Assembly (NCBI RefSeq): GCF_006345805.1 | Contig: NC_043009.1 | Location: 69,192,001-69,256,000 of the forward strand | Length of the DNA stretch: 64,000 bases | Origin: Octopus sinensis | Lineage: Eukaryota | Reading direction: 5' to 3' | Part shown: in pieces, positions 25,543-37,140 of the stretch | Numbering within the stretch: position 1 is the stretch's first letter | Layout: every line of letters starts with the position of its first letter | The notes under the pieces: model-generated | What the model saw: the letters and a program-made list of their open reading frames with translations, nothing else | What the model was told of the DNA's origin: nothing | The model's database searches: none | Position numbers and translations under genes: made by a program

Positions 25543-26629
25543 GTAAGTTATCTAATAATTAGCATTTGATTTCAATCATTATGTTGATGAGTTAATAATT
25601 TGCTGATAGTATTTCTGTATCTCTTTTTTTCCTGAGTTTCGCTGCACACTTGATTTATTTCAAAATAATAATAATGATAATTCTGCTCAATACCACAGAT
25701 TTGCTTGTCAGTTATTTGACCTTAACCAGTTGAGCATGTCCCTTAGTGGCTGACGATATGTGCATCTCTGATCACGAGCAGAAGTAGTGAGGGAGCATCA
25801 TAGCCATGTGTCGAGAGGGATTCTTTGGGGTTTGAATAATTCACCTCTGGAAACATGGGTGGTTCTTTCAATATCCTTAAACAACCCTTATTCAGGGACC
25901 TTTTGAGCGGGATGGGCTACTCAACCAGAAGAAAATTCTAACTGGGCCCCACCTGCAAGGTCATGTGCTGTTTATCTTTTTATGAGTTCACCATGTCGCG
26001 CACATATGGTTGTGATGCATGTGCCTGGTGTACCTTTATCAGACGGGTAGTCATGATGGGTATATTGGGCTTCGTAAATTTTACCCCAGTGTCACTTTGA
26101 TGGCATGAACTGCTCTCTCACTCAATAATAATAATAATAATAATGATAATAATAATAAGTAAGCATGATAATAATTATAAGTGCACCAGTAAGCATTTTT
26201 GAGACATTTGATGTTGAAAATTGCAAAATTTTTAAAGTCTGTACAATGTAATCATCATCATCATCATCATCATTATCGTTTAACGTCTGTTTTCCATGCT
26301 AGCATGGGTTGGATGGTTCGATCAGGGATCTGGGAAGCCAGAAGGCTGCACCAGGTTCCAGTCTGATCTGGCAGTGTTTCTACAGCTGGATGCCCTTCCT
26401 AACACCAACCACTCCATGAATGTAGTGGGTACTTTTTACGTGCCACTGGCACAGGTGCCAGGCGAGGCTGGCAACGACCATGATCAGTTGGTGCTTTTAA
26501 TGTGCCACCGGCACAGGGACCACAACTACAATTTCCATTGATTTAATTTTACTAGCAATCTAATATTTGCATGTTGTTTATATTTTGAATTTTAAAGTTT
26601 GTTTTTTTCTACTTTTATAAATTCTTCAG

Positions 26630-26652
26630 AATGATCATGGCACCACAGATGC
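26630..26652 (+). CDS. Gene B 23-nt microexon: NDHGTTD(A)
   Basis: ttcttcag acceptor and GC|gtaatt donor. Phase 0-2 exactly bridges the 25542 and 27378 exons. Confidence 0.7.
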
Positions 26653-27377
26653 GTAATTTTGTTTATTAACTGTTATTTGGTTTTTAAAGATTGATAAATC
26701 TTGTAATCCTTTTCGTTTTCTTCATTATTTTCCTGGGAAGTGTGTTGCGTTGTTATTTTAAAGAAACTTTTCCTCCCCACCAGTTTCCTTTCTTTCTTGA
26801 TATGCTGGCATCGGTTGTTAGTTGTCAGAGCACTGCATCCTTCAAAACTTCCATGCTTCCTGAGATTCGCCAACACTACACCTGATTTTCTCCCCTCCAT
26901 ACACACGCAAGCATGTATCTGACTCATACACTGTTCGCTTCCCAGACATTTTTACATTACTGCATATGCTTTATACGCACTTTTGACAAGTTGTGGTAAG
27001 GTTTGGTGGAAGATCTTAATTCAAAACTTACTAAAGCAAGACATTTGTATTCAGAGCCAGAGCCGGTTTCAGCCAGGTTGGTAATGAAAGGGTTAATGTC
27101 TGTGTAATATAGAATACTATTGTAGTGTCACCATATGTAAATGTTTATATAACATAGAATTATAGTTTTTGTTGTGACAAAAGGACATCTGTGTTTTATA
27201 GGGCTCTAAAGGTGTGTAACCCTTTATATAAAATATCAATGTAACATATAACTATATTGATGTTTAACCAAGATGAAATGTCTGTGTAACCATTTATGTA
27301 TGTCTATGGAATAATGAAGTCTATGGCTGTGCTGCCAGATATCAATGTCCATAATATAGAATTCTCTTGCTATGCAG

Positions 27378-27548
27378 TAAGGTGACTTCTGAGAGTTCTA
27401 AACCCCAAAAATGGAACCATGGCATTCATAAGAATTCCAGTCTGATAAAGTTGTTAGAATTTTACTGTTTACCAACGTTAATCTACTTTCTTCTGATTCC
27501 TTTTCATAATGTTGGCTGCATTCTGGGACTTCCGAGCTTATAGTCAAG
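27378..27548 (+). CDS. Gene B exon: KVTSESSKPQKWNHGIH(fs)KEFQSDKVVRILLFTNVNLLSSDSF(fs)FIMLAAFWDFRAYSQ
   Basis: tatgcag acceptor and AAG|gtaagt donor. Needs +1 at AA 27430-27431 and +1 at TTTT 27501-27504. Confidence 0.65.
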
Positions 27549-27817
27549 GTAAGTAGGGCAATAAATTAAAGAATGGAGGGGGTGGAGAGGATGTTAAAAT
27601 AATTATCTACACATTCCCACCCTCCTCTCTCATTTGCTTCTCTTTCTCTCTTCCTTTTTATATACTCATATATATGTATATATGTATGTATATATAAATA
27701 TAGAAATATAATTAAGGGCTCCCAAATAAGGAAGCCTAGTGCTAGGGACACAAAAAGGGATAAATTCATCGAGAGTGAAAATCAAAAACATTTACCATTA
27801 ACCTTTTTGATTATTTG

Positions 27818-27851
<34 letters not shown>

Positions 27852-27854
<3 letters not shown>

Positions 27855-28060
27855 CTCTTACTCTTTTACACATTTCAGTCATTTGACTGCAGCCATGCTG
27901 GAGCACTGCCCTTAGTCGAAAAAATCGATCCCAGGACTTATTCTTTGTAAACCTAGCACTTACTCTATCAGCCTCTTAGGCCAAACCACTAAGTTATGGA
28001 GATGTAAACACACCAACATCGGTTGTTGAGTGATAGTGGAGGTTCAAACACTGACACACA

Positions 28061-28108
<48 letters not shown>

Positions 28109-28863
28109 GCTTCTTTCAGTTTCCATCTACCAAATCCTCTCACAAGGCTTGATCAGCTTGAGGCTATAGTAGAAGACACTTAACCAAGGTGCCATGCAGT
28201 GAGACTTAAACCAGAATCATGAGGTTGATAAGGAAGCTTCTTACCATACAGCCACTGCTGCACACACACACACACACCACACACACACACACACACACAG
28301 AGTCTTAGTCTAATTCAGAATTGCACCCAAAACTCAAAATTTGAAAAGTGAAAGTGGAACCGGTTATTATGTTGGAAGAAAAAAAACCTTATTTTGTAGA
28401 ATATTGCATAAAACCTCTGCAATTATGATTCTCATATATTCTTCAGTCTTGTAAAACAAATCTTGTGTTTTTCCATCTTATTTCTTTCTGTATATATTCA
28501 ACCACTTGTAATATATGTGTGTGTGGAGGCGCATGGCTCGGTGGTTAGAATGTCAAGCTTATGATCATGAGGTTGTGAGTTCAAATCCCGGACCGGGCTG
28601 CATGTTGTGTTCTTGAGCAAGACACTTTATTTCACATTGCTCCAGTTTACTTATCTGTAGAAATGAGTTGCAACATCACTGGTGCCAAGCTGTATCGGCC
28701 CCTTTGCCTTTCCCTTGGATAACACTGGTGGTGTGGAGAGAGGGGAGGCCAGTATGCATGGGCGACTGCTGGTCTTCCATAAACAAACTTGCCCGGACTT
28801 GTGCCTGGAAGGGTAACTTCCTAGGTGCAATCCCATGGTCAGTCATGACTGAAGGGGGTCTCA

Positions 28864-28899
<36 letters not shown>

Positions 28900-29105
28900 C
28901 TCTTACTCTTTTACACATTTCAGTCATTTGACTGCAGCCATGCTGGAGCACTGCCCTTAGTCGAAAAAATCGATCCCAGGACTTATTCTTTGTAAACCTA
29001 GCACTTACTCTATCAGCCTCTTAGGCCAAACCACTAAGTTATGGAGATGTAAACACACCAACATCGGTTGTTGAGTGATAGTGGAGGTTCAAACACTGAC
29101 ACACA

Positions 29106-29155
<50 letters not shown>

Positions 29156-29305
29156 GCTTCTTTCAGTTTCCATCTACCAAATCCTCTCACAAGGCTTTGA
29201 TCAGCTTGAGGCTATAGTAGAAGACACTTAACCAAGGTGCCATGCAGTGAGACTTAAACCAGAATCATGAGGTTGATAAGGAAGCTTCTTACCATACAGC
29301 CACTG

Positions 29306-29340
<35 letters not shown>

Positions 29341-29900
29341 CTTAGTCTAATTCAGAATTGCACCCAAAACTCAAAATTTGAAAAGTGAAAGTGGAACCGG
29401 TTATTATGTTGGAAGAAAAAAAACCTTATTTTGTAGAATATTGCATAAAACCTCTGCAATTATGATTCTCATATATTCTTCAGTCTTGTAAAACAAATCT
29501 TGTGTTTTTCCATCTTATTTCTTTCTGTATATATTCAACCACTTGTAATATGTGTGTGTGGAGGCGCATGGCTCGGTGGTTAGAATGTCAAGCTTATGAT
29601 CATGAGGTTGTGAGTTCAAATCCCGGACCGGGCTGCATGTTGTGTTCTTGAGCAAGACACTTTATTTCACATTGCTCCAGTTTACTTATCTGTAGAAATG
29701 AGTTGCAACATCACTGGTGCCAAGCTGTATCGGCCCCTTTGCCTTCCCTTGGATAACACTGGTGGTGTGGAGAGAGGGGAGGCCAGTATGCATGGGCGAC
29801 TGCTGGTCTTCCATAAACAAACTTGCCCGGACTTGTGCCTGGAAGGGTAACTTCCTAGGTGCAATCCCATGGTCAGTCATGACTGAAGGGGGTCTCAGCA
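27852..29900. repeat. Tandem duplication of about 1.04 kb (27852-28866 and 28897-29900) made of SINE fragments between (TA)n tracts
   Basis: The differences seen between copies are microsatellite and homopolymer lengths only. Confidence 0.95.
28523..28864 (+). mobile_element. tRNA-derived SINE (family 1 head, different tail); duplicate at 29557-29898
   Basis: TGGCTCGGTGG box A, GAGTTCAAATCC box B, TGTTCTTGAGCAAGACACTT. Confidence 0.85.
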
Positions 29901-29929
29901 TATATATATATATATATATATATATACAG

Positions 29930-30021
29930 TCCTAAGAAGTGAAACTATGGTTTATATCTGGCACCTGTCTATCACACACATTCGGTTCACAGCTTGTTTT
30001 CAACTCCAGTCTTTGATTAAG
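29930..30021 (+). CDS. Gene B exon starting VLRSE; downstream frame ambiguous (one base short)
   Basis: tacag acceptor after (TA)n and AAG|gtaaga donor. 92 nt where 93 is needed to join the next exon in phase 1. Confidence 0.55.
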
Positions 30022-30488
30022 GTAAGAAAGTGTTTGCATGCCACAACACCACAACACATAGAAGACCACTTATATCAGTTAGTTTATATATTACAGTTGT
30101 CATTGTTGGAAATGGTGTGATCTATAAACACACTAATCTGGGATGATACATCATAATCTGTAGTAGACTATAAAGATAGTATGTCTACGTTTGGTTCTAC
30201 AGCATAGCCTGGTGTGGTCTATGAATATACCAAATAATAATGCTACATCTTGGTCAGGTTTGGTCTACAAGCATACCATTCTCTGATGCCGTGTCACTTG
30301 TCTGGTGTATCGTCTCCCATACAGAGAGAATAAATTAAAAAGTAGCATTTGAATAGTTAAAATATGTTTATATACCACAACACACAATGGACCCACTCAA
30401 AGCCAGTGGCTTATTTTTCTCACTTAGCTAGACCAGGGATTACATCTGAAACCACATTAATCTAACTACATCTGTTGTGATGTTACAG

Positions 30489-30649
30489 CTTGGCCCAATG
30501 GCTCATCTGTTGAATTTGTCCTTTAATCCTGAACAACATTAATCTTTCATCTGTCATAATAGCACCCTGGTGTAATCTGAATGGAACTTGGTACAATGAA
30601 CTGGGCTCTTCAATGTTTATAAGACAAACTGAAAATGGTTTGTTGGAAG
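30489..30649 (+). CDS. Gene B exon, linker plus avidin beta1-beta3: AWPNGSSVEFV(fs)PLILNNINLSSVIIAPWCNLNGTWYNELGSSMFIRQTENGLLE
   Basis: CNLNGTWYNELGS is the avidin/streptavidin signature (chicken CSLTGKWTNDLGS, streptavidin GTWYNQLGS). ttacag acceptor, G|gtaagc donor. Needs +1 at CC 30520-30521. Confidence 0.88.
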
Positions 30650-31613
30650 GTAAGCAAAATCTATTTTCAATGCATTATAACATAGAATATTATTGTTTAC
30701 ATTATCTGAATTCAGTACCAGACCATTTTATTTCATGAATTTTTGTATTATTTGAAATGTTTTTGCTTATTATTACTTCTACATATTTGTTAACTCTTTT
30801 TGAGTTTCATCTTATTTCTCCGTGTCCCAACAGGACAGGAAAGTCAGCCGGTTTTCAGGGCTTTGACTCTTTTGAACATCTTTACGCTAATGACCCCCTG
30901 TTTTTGGTGGAATCAACCCTTCCACTAACAAATACATTAGTGTAGGAACTTTGATGCAATCCTTTAAAACTAGAATAAAAGTCAAGTCAAAGATTTATAT
31001 ATGTAGATTTAAAGGAACATTTTTTATGGTGCGCACATAATTTTATGTCTATTGAAGGGATAAAGCTTTCAATGCTTTACAGACTCATGGTTGTATAGAA
31101 TATAAACATCAAAGTGGTGTATATAGAGCAGCTGTGTGGAAGAGAAACATCAATGTGGTTTATATACCACAACTATGTACAATATAAAACATTAAAGGGG
31201 TGTGTATATACTGCAATTGTACACACCATCAACATCAATGCATTGTATATACCACAACTTTGTTTAATATACAATGGAACACTGATATAACCACAGAGTT
31301 ATTTCTTGATGTCAAATTCCTAAAACTATTTTTCATAATGTAAACGATGATGATGATGTTAAGAGAACAAGATATGAGAGAGAAGATGGAAGCACCCAAT
31401 ACACTGAAGCTGATAAATCCGTCAAGCCACCTCCCTGTCTTAAAAAAAAGAAAATGAACACATTAAATGATGTAGTCCATGGTACATTGTGACTGGAAGA
31501 AAGACAGAATGGTCAAGGCTTGATCAGAAGCTGACCTGGAGCTAAACTACAAATAATAACAGTTCTTAAGATTTTGTTGTGTCCAGCATTTTTATATTGT
31601 TGTTTTGTATTGG

Positions 31614-31648
<35 letters not shown>

Positions 31649-31868
31649 CACATGCACACACACACACACAATATGATGGGCCAAATCAGTAATCTTGGAA
31701 CCAAGTTCAGCACAATATAACTACCATTAATAGAACAGCAACACCTTTGTCCACCGTTCCCTTAATTTGTCCAAATTTGATGCTCATGGCTTTGAAAGAC
31801 AGTAAAAGCAGTGTTACCAAAGTATTCATAATTTCATTAATTTTGGGTAATTTTTTATTTTATTCAAG

Positions 31869-32006
31869 GTCAATATAACACTGCTGTCGAACGTAACAAT
31901 GGTACCTCTGGAGGAGGTAAAGCAGATCTTCATGGTACCATCAGTTACTCAGTCTTTAGTTTTGGTGTTGTTTGGAATGAAGGAACTTCCATTACTGTCT
32001 TCAGTG
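31869..32006 (+). CDS. Gene B exon: GQYNTAVERNNGTSGGGKADLHGTISYSVFSFGVVWNEGTSITVFS
   Basis: caag acceptor, G|gtgagt donor, 138 nt, phase 1-1. Avidin Y33/T35/W70/S75/T77/F79 equivalents are present. Confidence 0.92.
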
Positions 32007-32251
32007 GTGAGTAGTAGTAACAAAAGTATACACACCCACATATATATATATATGTATGTTATACATACATACATACAACATACAGAAACAAATAAATAAC
32101 AACAGATGGAAAATGTGTCAATACCCTACAGCTGTTTCCAATGAATTTTTAATTGATTAACAGAGATATTACATCATTAGTAAAAAACAGTTACATCAGG
32201 TGAATACATGAGCCACAACATTCAAAAGTATTCAAAGTCAACGGGATGTGA

Positions 32252-32285
<34 letters not shown>

Positions 32286-32439
32286 GGTGGCTGCCCCCTC
32301 ATCGAGTATGGCCATTGCACAAAGCTTAATCAATGTTGTTATCGTGCAATGACTGTGCAAGAAGATTTTTTTTAAGTGGAGAAAGGCTGTGCACTGAGTC
32401 AATCCCACTCACTAAGCAACAGCAGCCATAATCTGAAAA

Positions 32440-32835
32440 GAAGAACAAGTTAACATTATCGGTAACCATTGGGCCGCAGGTTTTATGTCGGAGTTATCCC
32501 AGTTACCTGAGTTACCTTCTCCTAGAAGGATGCCCTAACAAAGGCTAGGAGTCCTTCACTCCTAATGGTTTAACTGCATGATCGGGTATTCAGTCCGATT
32601 ATTTCTATGTCCCCGTGCATGATACAGTCTTAAGATGTTTATTGGATGGCCGTTGACTCTCAAGAGTTCCTCTGCCCTTTGACGGGTTTTGTTTTTCATC
32701 CCGCAGGGTGTCCAATAAACACCCTCCTCACCAAGCAAACTTGGTGGGGTTGCTGGTTTAGTCGCCGACGACCCGACCATGCAACAGGTTGTACTGGGTT
32801 ACATGTTACCAGTAGCACACGAAAGTGACCTGACA
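32440..32835 (-). mobile_element. Hairpin-rich retroelement fragment, possibly an RTE 5' UTR or a derived SINE
   Basis: CTAGGAGAAGG..AACTC motif recalled from RTE 5' regions, plus several consecutive hairpins. Confidence 0.45.
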
Positions 32836-32946
32836 CTATATATGTTGTTAAGATGTTTTTATTTATTGTCACATAATGTGTTTTGTTGACATTTTACTTT
32901 ATTAAATGCCTAATGCCTACCCTGAGAATTAACTTATGGTCTGTCT

Positions 32947-32996
<50 letters not shown>

Positions 32997-32998
32997 TA

Positions 32999-33029
<31 letters not shown>

Positions 33030-33055
33030 AATATGTGTGTGTTTGTGTTCTCTAG

Positions 33056-33181
33056 GTCAGTGTATCCCTTCATCAAACAATGGCATTGTGTTGAAAGCCC
33101 ACTGGTCATTGGTTGCAGCTCAAAGATCTGTTAAGACCAGCTGGAGTGCATTTTACACAGGAATGGACAATTTCTACAAAG
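33056..33181 (+). CDS. Gene B exon: GQCIPSSNNGIVLKAHWSLVAAQRSVKTSWSAFYTGMDNFYK
   Basis: tctag acceptor, G|gtgaga donor, 126 nt. C83/W97/W110/N118 equivalents are present. The following intron start is homologous to that of gene A. Confidence 0.92.
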
Positions 33182-34003
33182 GTGAGAGATCTTTGATTTT
33201 ACCTATAATGATGGGTGGATGAATGGATGGATAACCGAGTGTTGACTGAAATGGTAAGTGGAAAGCATTGAGGATTAACGTATAGATGGGTGAATGAGGG
33301 AATAACAAAGTGAATGGGTAGGTAGATGGGTGGATGGATTAGGAGTAATATGATTGAAAAGTTAGGTGGACAGATGGCATAGATGCATAAAATACCAATG
33401 AATGAATAAATGGATTGATGGGATATGGATGGATGTCTGGAAAGATAATTAGATACTTAGATAAGCATAGATTAGGATTTTCAGATAAACAGACAAACTA
33501 TTAGACAAATAGATGGACAGAAAAATGGATAGTCAGAACAGAACCAAAAGAAGGCATAATTCCACCAGACAAGAACAACCAACAGTTTCACTGTTTAACA
33601 ATTGATTCAGGGTTTTATTTAATAAACTGACAAAATAACAACTAACAGGCAGTAATAATTGATAATCTAACAAAGAACCTCTAAGTGATTGCTAGAACTA
33701 CAAAAATTAGCTGCCAAAATCCATTCAAATTATGCCTTTCCCCCTCATAAAAGGAAGGCTACATTGAAGAAGATAGTCTTAGATACACTGTGTCCAAAAT
33801 CAAAACAGGATATTTAGTGTGAGAATAACTTTGATTATTGGTCTATTCATCCTAGCTCTAGTTTTGTTTCCTATAAGCATACAAAACTAGAGCTACTAGA
33901 TGATAGCCTGGATTCTAACTTTACCAAACTTGATGCCTGTTCAAAATATTCCTGTCAAAGTCTGTCAGTTTGGCTGACAGAAATCTGCAATAACATTACA
34001 GAT

Positions 34004-34253
34004 AAGTGGTTCTCAACCATCCATCCTATGAACCCATTTGATTCCTGCTTCACTCAGAGAGACCTCCATGGCCATTTGATGTTTAAATAATCCTATTCTA
34101 TTTCTATAATTAAATGCTCGTAGGAATTGTATAAAAGAAACAGTTAAAATATTTTGGGTTTGGCAGAAGCAGAACCAGTTTATTGCAAATAAATTTTAAC
34201 AGCAAAATCCTTATATGGACCCCTTCTCCTAAGACCCTGGTTGAAAATCACTG
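34004..34253. mobile_element. hAT-type MITE (reverse partial copy at 47211-47430)
   Basis: Termini AGTGGTTCTCAACC and GGTTGAAAATCACTG. Confidence 0.7.
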
Positions 34254-36755
34254 CTGTAGCTACTTAAAGAGGGTGTGATTAATATTTATCACAATGTGCT
34301 GGTGGCACGTGAAAGCACTTTTTGAGCATTGGGCCTCATAGAGGCAAGGACCAAGACCATTTGGCATTATGCTGGGCTTTGAGCATTGGGCCTCACAGAG
34401 GCAATGACTCAGTCTTTTGGCATTATGTTGGGCTTGAGAATAAAAACCATCAAGCCAAGGAAAATCACAGTAATGGCAGATACTGGATTCATGCAAATGG
34501 CACATAAAAGCACCCATTACACTCTTGGAGTGGTTGGCATTAGGAAGGGCATCCAGCTGTAGAAACCATGCAAAAACAGACTGGTGTCTGGTGCAGACTT
34601 TCAACTTACTAGTCCTGGTCAAACCGTCCAACCCATGCCAGCATGGACAATGGACGTTAAATGATGATGATGATGATGATGTAGACACAATAAAACAACA
34701 GAATCCAGCGAAACTAGTGACAGTCTACATTTGCAAATAGTAAGAGTAAATTGGCAAGGGTTGGCAGCAGCAGTAAGAATAAAGACAAACCTGATGTTTC
34801 AGATTGGGCTTTTCTTCAGAAAGAAGGAACCCAGGTTCCCAGAAGGACTCATGGCATAATTTCAGATCTTTTTTCTAACTCACTGTAACCACCATCATCA
34901 TCATTTAACGTCCGCTTTCCATGCTAGCATGGGTTGGACAATTTGACTGAAGTCTGGCGAACCAGACTCCAATCTGATCTGGCAGAGTTTCTACAGCTGG
35001 ATGCCCTTCCTAATGCCAACCACTCCGAGAGTGTAGTGGGTGCTTTTATGTGCCACCGGCACGAGGGCCAGTTTGGTGGTACTGGCAACGGTCACGCCCA
35101 AATGGTGCTTTTTACATGCCACTTACACAGGAGCCAGTCCAGCGGCACTGACGATGACCTCGCTCGAATGTTTCACGTTCCACCAGCACAATTGCTAGTA
35201 AGGTGATGCGGTAACAATCACGCTCGAATGGTGTGTTTAACGTGCCATCAGCATGAAGGCCAGCTTGTTGCTCTGGCAATGATCTCACTCGTATGGTACT
35301 CTTAGTGCTCCACAACCAACGGATGCCAGTCACCCAGCTTATTTCACTTTTATTCACTTTAAGATTTGAACCTTCCTCTTCCATGTCATTTTAACATCCA
35401 CTTTCCCATGCAGCATTGGTCAAGGAAAATTTCCTAGGGCTGGATGTGCCTCCTGATTGTTGTTTTGAAAAGATATAATGTTGTACCCAGTGTGTTTCTA
35501 AATATTCCAGAAGAGTTTTAATAACAGGATGAGTAATTGGCAGAGTTAAGAGAGCACAGGACAAAATGATTGATAAAATAAAGAACCAATCAAGGAAATT
35601 GGAATGGTAGAAATGTTAGATCTTCAGACAAGATTCCTTGCTGTGTTTGTTTTTGGTCTTTTATAATGTGTATTTTTAGATGAAGTTGGTGAGTTAGCAG
35701 AATTGTCAGCATGCCAGACAAAATGCTTGGCAGCATTTCGTCTATCTTTATGTTCTGAGTTCTAATTCCACTGAGGATGCCTTTCATCCTTTCAGTGTTG
35801 ATAAAATAAGTACCAGTTAAGTACTAGGGTCAATGTAATCGACTTATCCCCTCCCCCGAAATTGCTGGCCTTGTGCCAAAATTTGAAACTAGTATGAATT
35901 ATCCACTTTAAAACCATTACCTGATCCTTGGGTTCCTTTTATGAAGTTTTCAAACATTTGGGTCAGGTGTCTGACTGGGATAGAATTTCTTTCCCACCAG
36001 GTTTATGGGCCCCTTCCATCTTTTCCTCCCTCTGATCCTTCCAAGATTAATTAGTGAAAAATAAATGTCTTGAACACTGAAGTCTGGTTGTCGAAAATAT
36101 AGCTTCTTAGAAAAGGAAACTGCATCCTGTTTGTGAGGGGTGGACAAGGGATGGATTTCACCTTAATGTGACTGCGTATAATTATGTGAATTTATTCTTT
36201 TATACTCTAGGCACAAGGCTCAAAGTTTTGGGGGAGTGGGGGCAGTCGATCAGATCAACCCCAGTACACATCTGGTACTTAATTTATTGACTTGGCAAAG
36301 TCGACCTCAGTGGAATTTGAACTCAGAATGTAAAGACAGACGAAATACTGCTAAGCATTTCGCCTGGAATATAAATGTTTCTGCCAGCTTGCCACCTTCA
36401 TTATGGAAATTGATTCATATCATTCATCTTCCACGCTGGCATCAGTTGGACAGTTTGACAGGAGCTGGCAAGCCTGAGTGCTGCACCAGGCTCCAGCTGC
36501 CTGTTTTGGCAAGGTTTCTATGGCTGAATGCTCTTCCTAAGGCCATCCGCTTCACAGAGTGTACTGGGTGCTTTTTGTAAGACACCAGCACAGGTGCTTC
36601 TTCTGTGGCACTGGCATGGATGCTATATATATGTATATATATGTATATATATATAAATTTAAAATGGTGAGAAATTAGATATTAATTTAATTAACATCGA
36701 TGTCACACCAGTGGTCTAGCATATAAAAAAACTGAAGGTCCAGTAAAATTGTATT

Positions 36756-36915
36756 ATATACATATTAGAGGGAAACCACTATGTGGACACCTTTATGCTA
36801 GAAGTAGATCCGCTATGGTCTTACCACTTGAGAACATTTCTTAGTGGTAAGACCATAGCAGATCTATATCTAGCATAAGGGTGTCCACATAGTGGTTTCC
36901 CTCTAATATGTATAT
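36756..36915. mobile_element. Near-perfect palindrome/MITE, about 72-bp arms, TA-flanked
   Basis: 36756-36828 is the reverse complement of 36843-36915 with few mismatches. Confidence 0.85.
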
Positions 36916-37123
36916 GATATATATAGATGATGATGATGATGATGATATATATCATCATTGTTTAAAATCTATTCTCTATGCTTGCATGGGTTGGACATCT
37001 GTGTGTGTGTGTGTGTGTATATGCACACATGCATGCTTATATATATATATATGTGTGCGCATGTATCTATAAAATTCAGATTGCCATCGTCTGACCTTAA
37101 TTTGTGATATTCCTTTATTTCAG

Positions 37124-37140
37124 ATTCTAAAGAGGAATAA
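37124..37140 (+). CDS. Gene B terminal coding exon (DSKEE*), followed by 3' UTR
   Basis: tttatttcag acceptor and matching phase. Downstream sequence is homologous to that of gene A. Confidence 0.78.

Noticed and set aside
28523-28600. tRNA genes
   Set aside because: SINE heads with A/B boxes that continue into SINE bodies, with no complete cloverleaf.
174-37140. A single gene with two avidin domains
   Set aside because: Each avidin unit has its own in-phase terminal exon with a stop and a homologous 3' flank.
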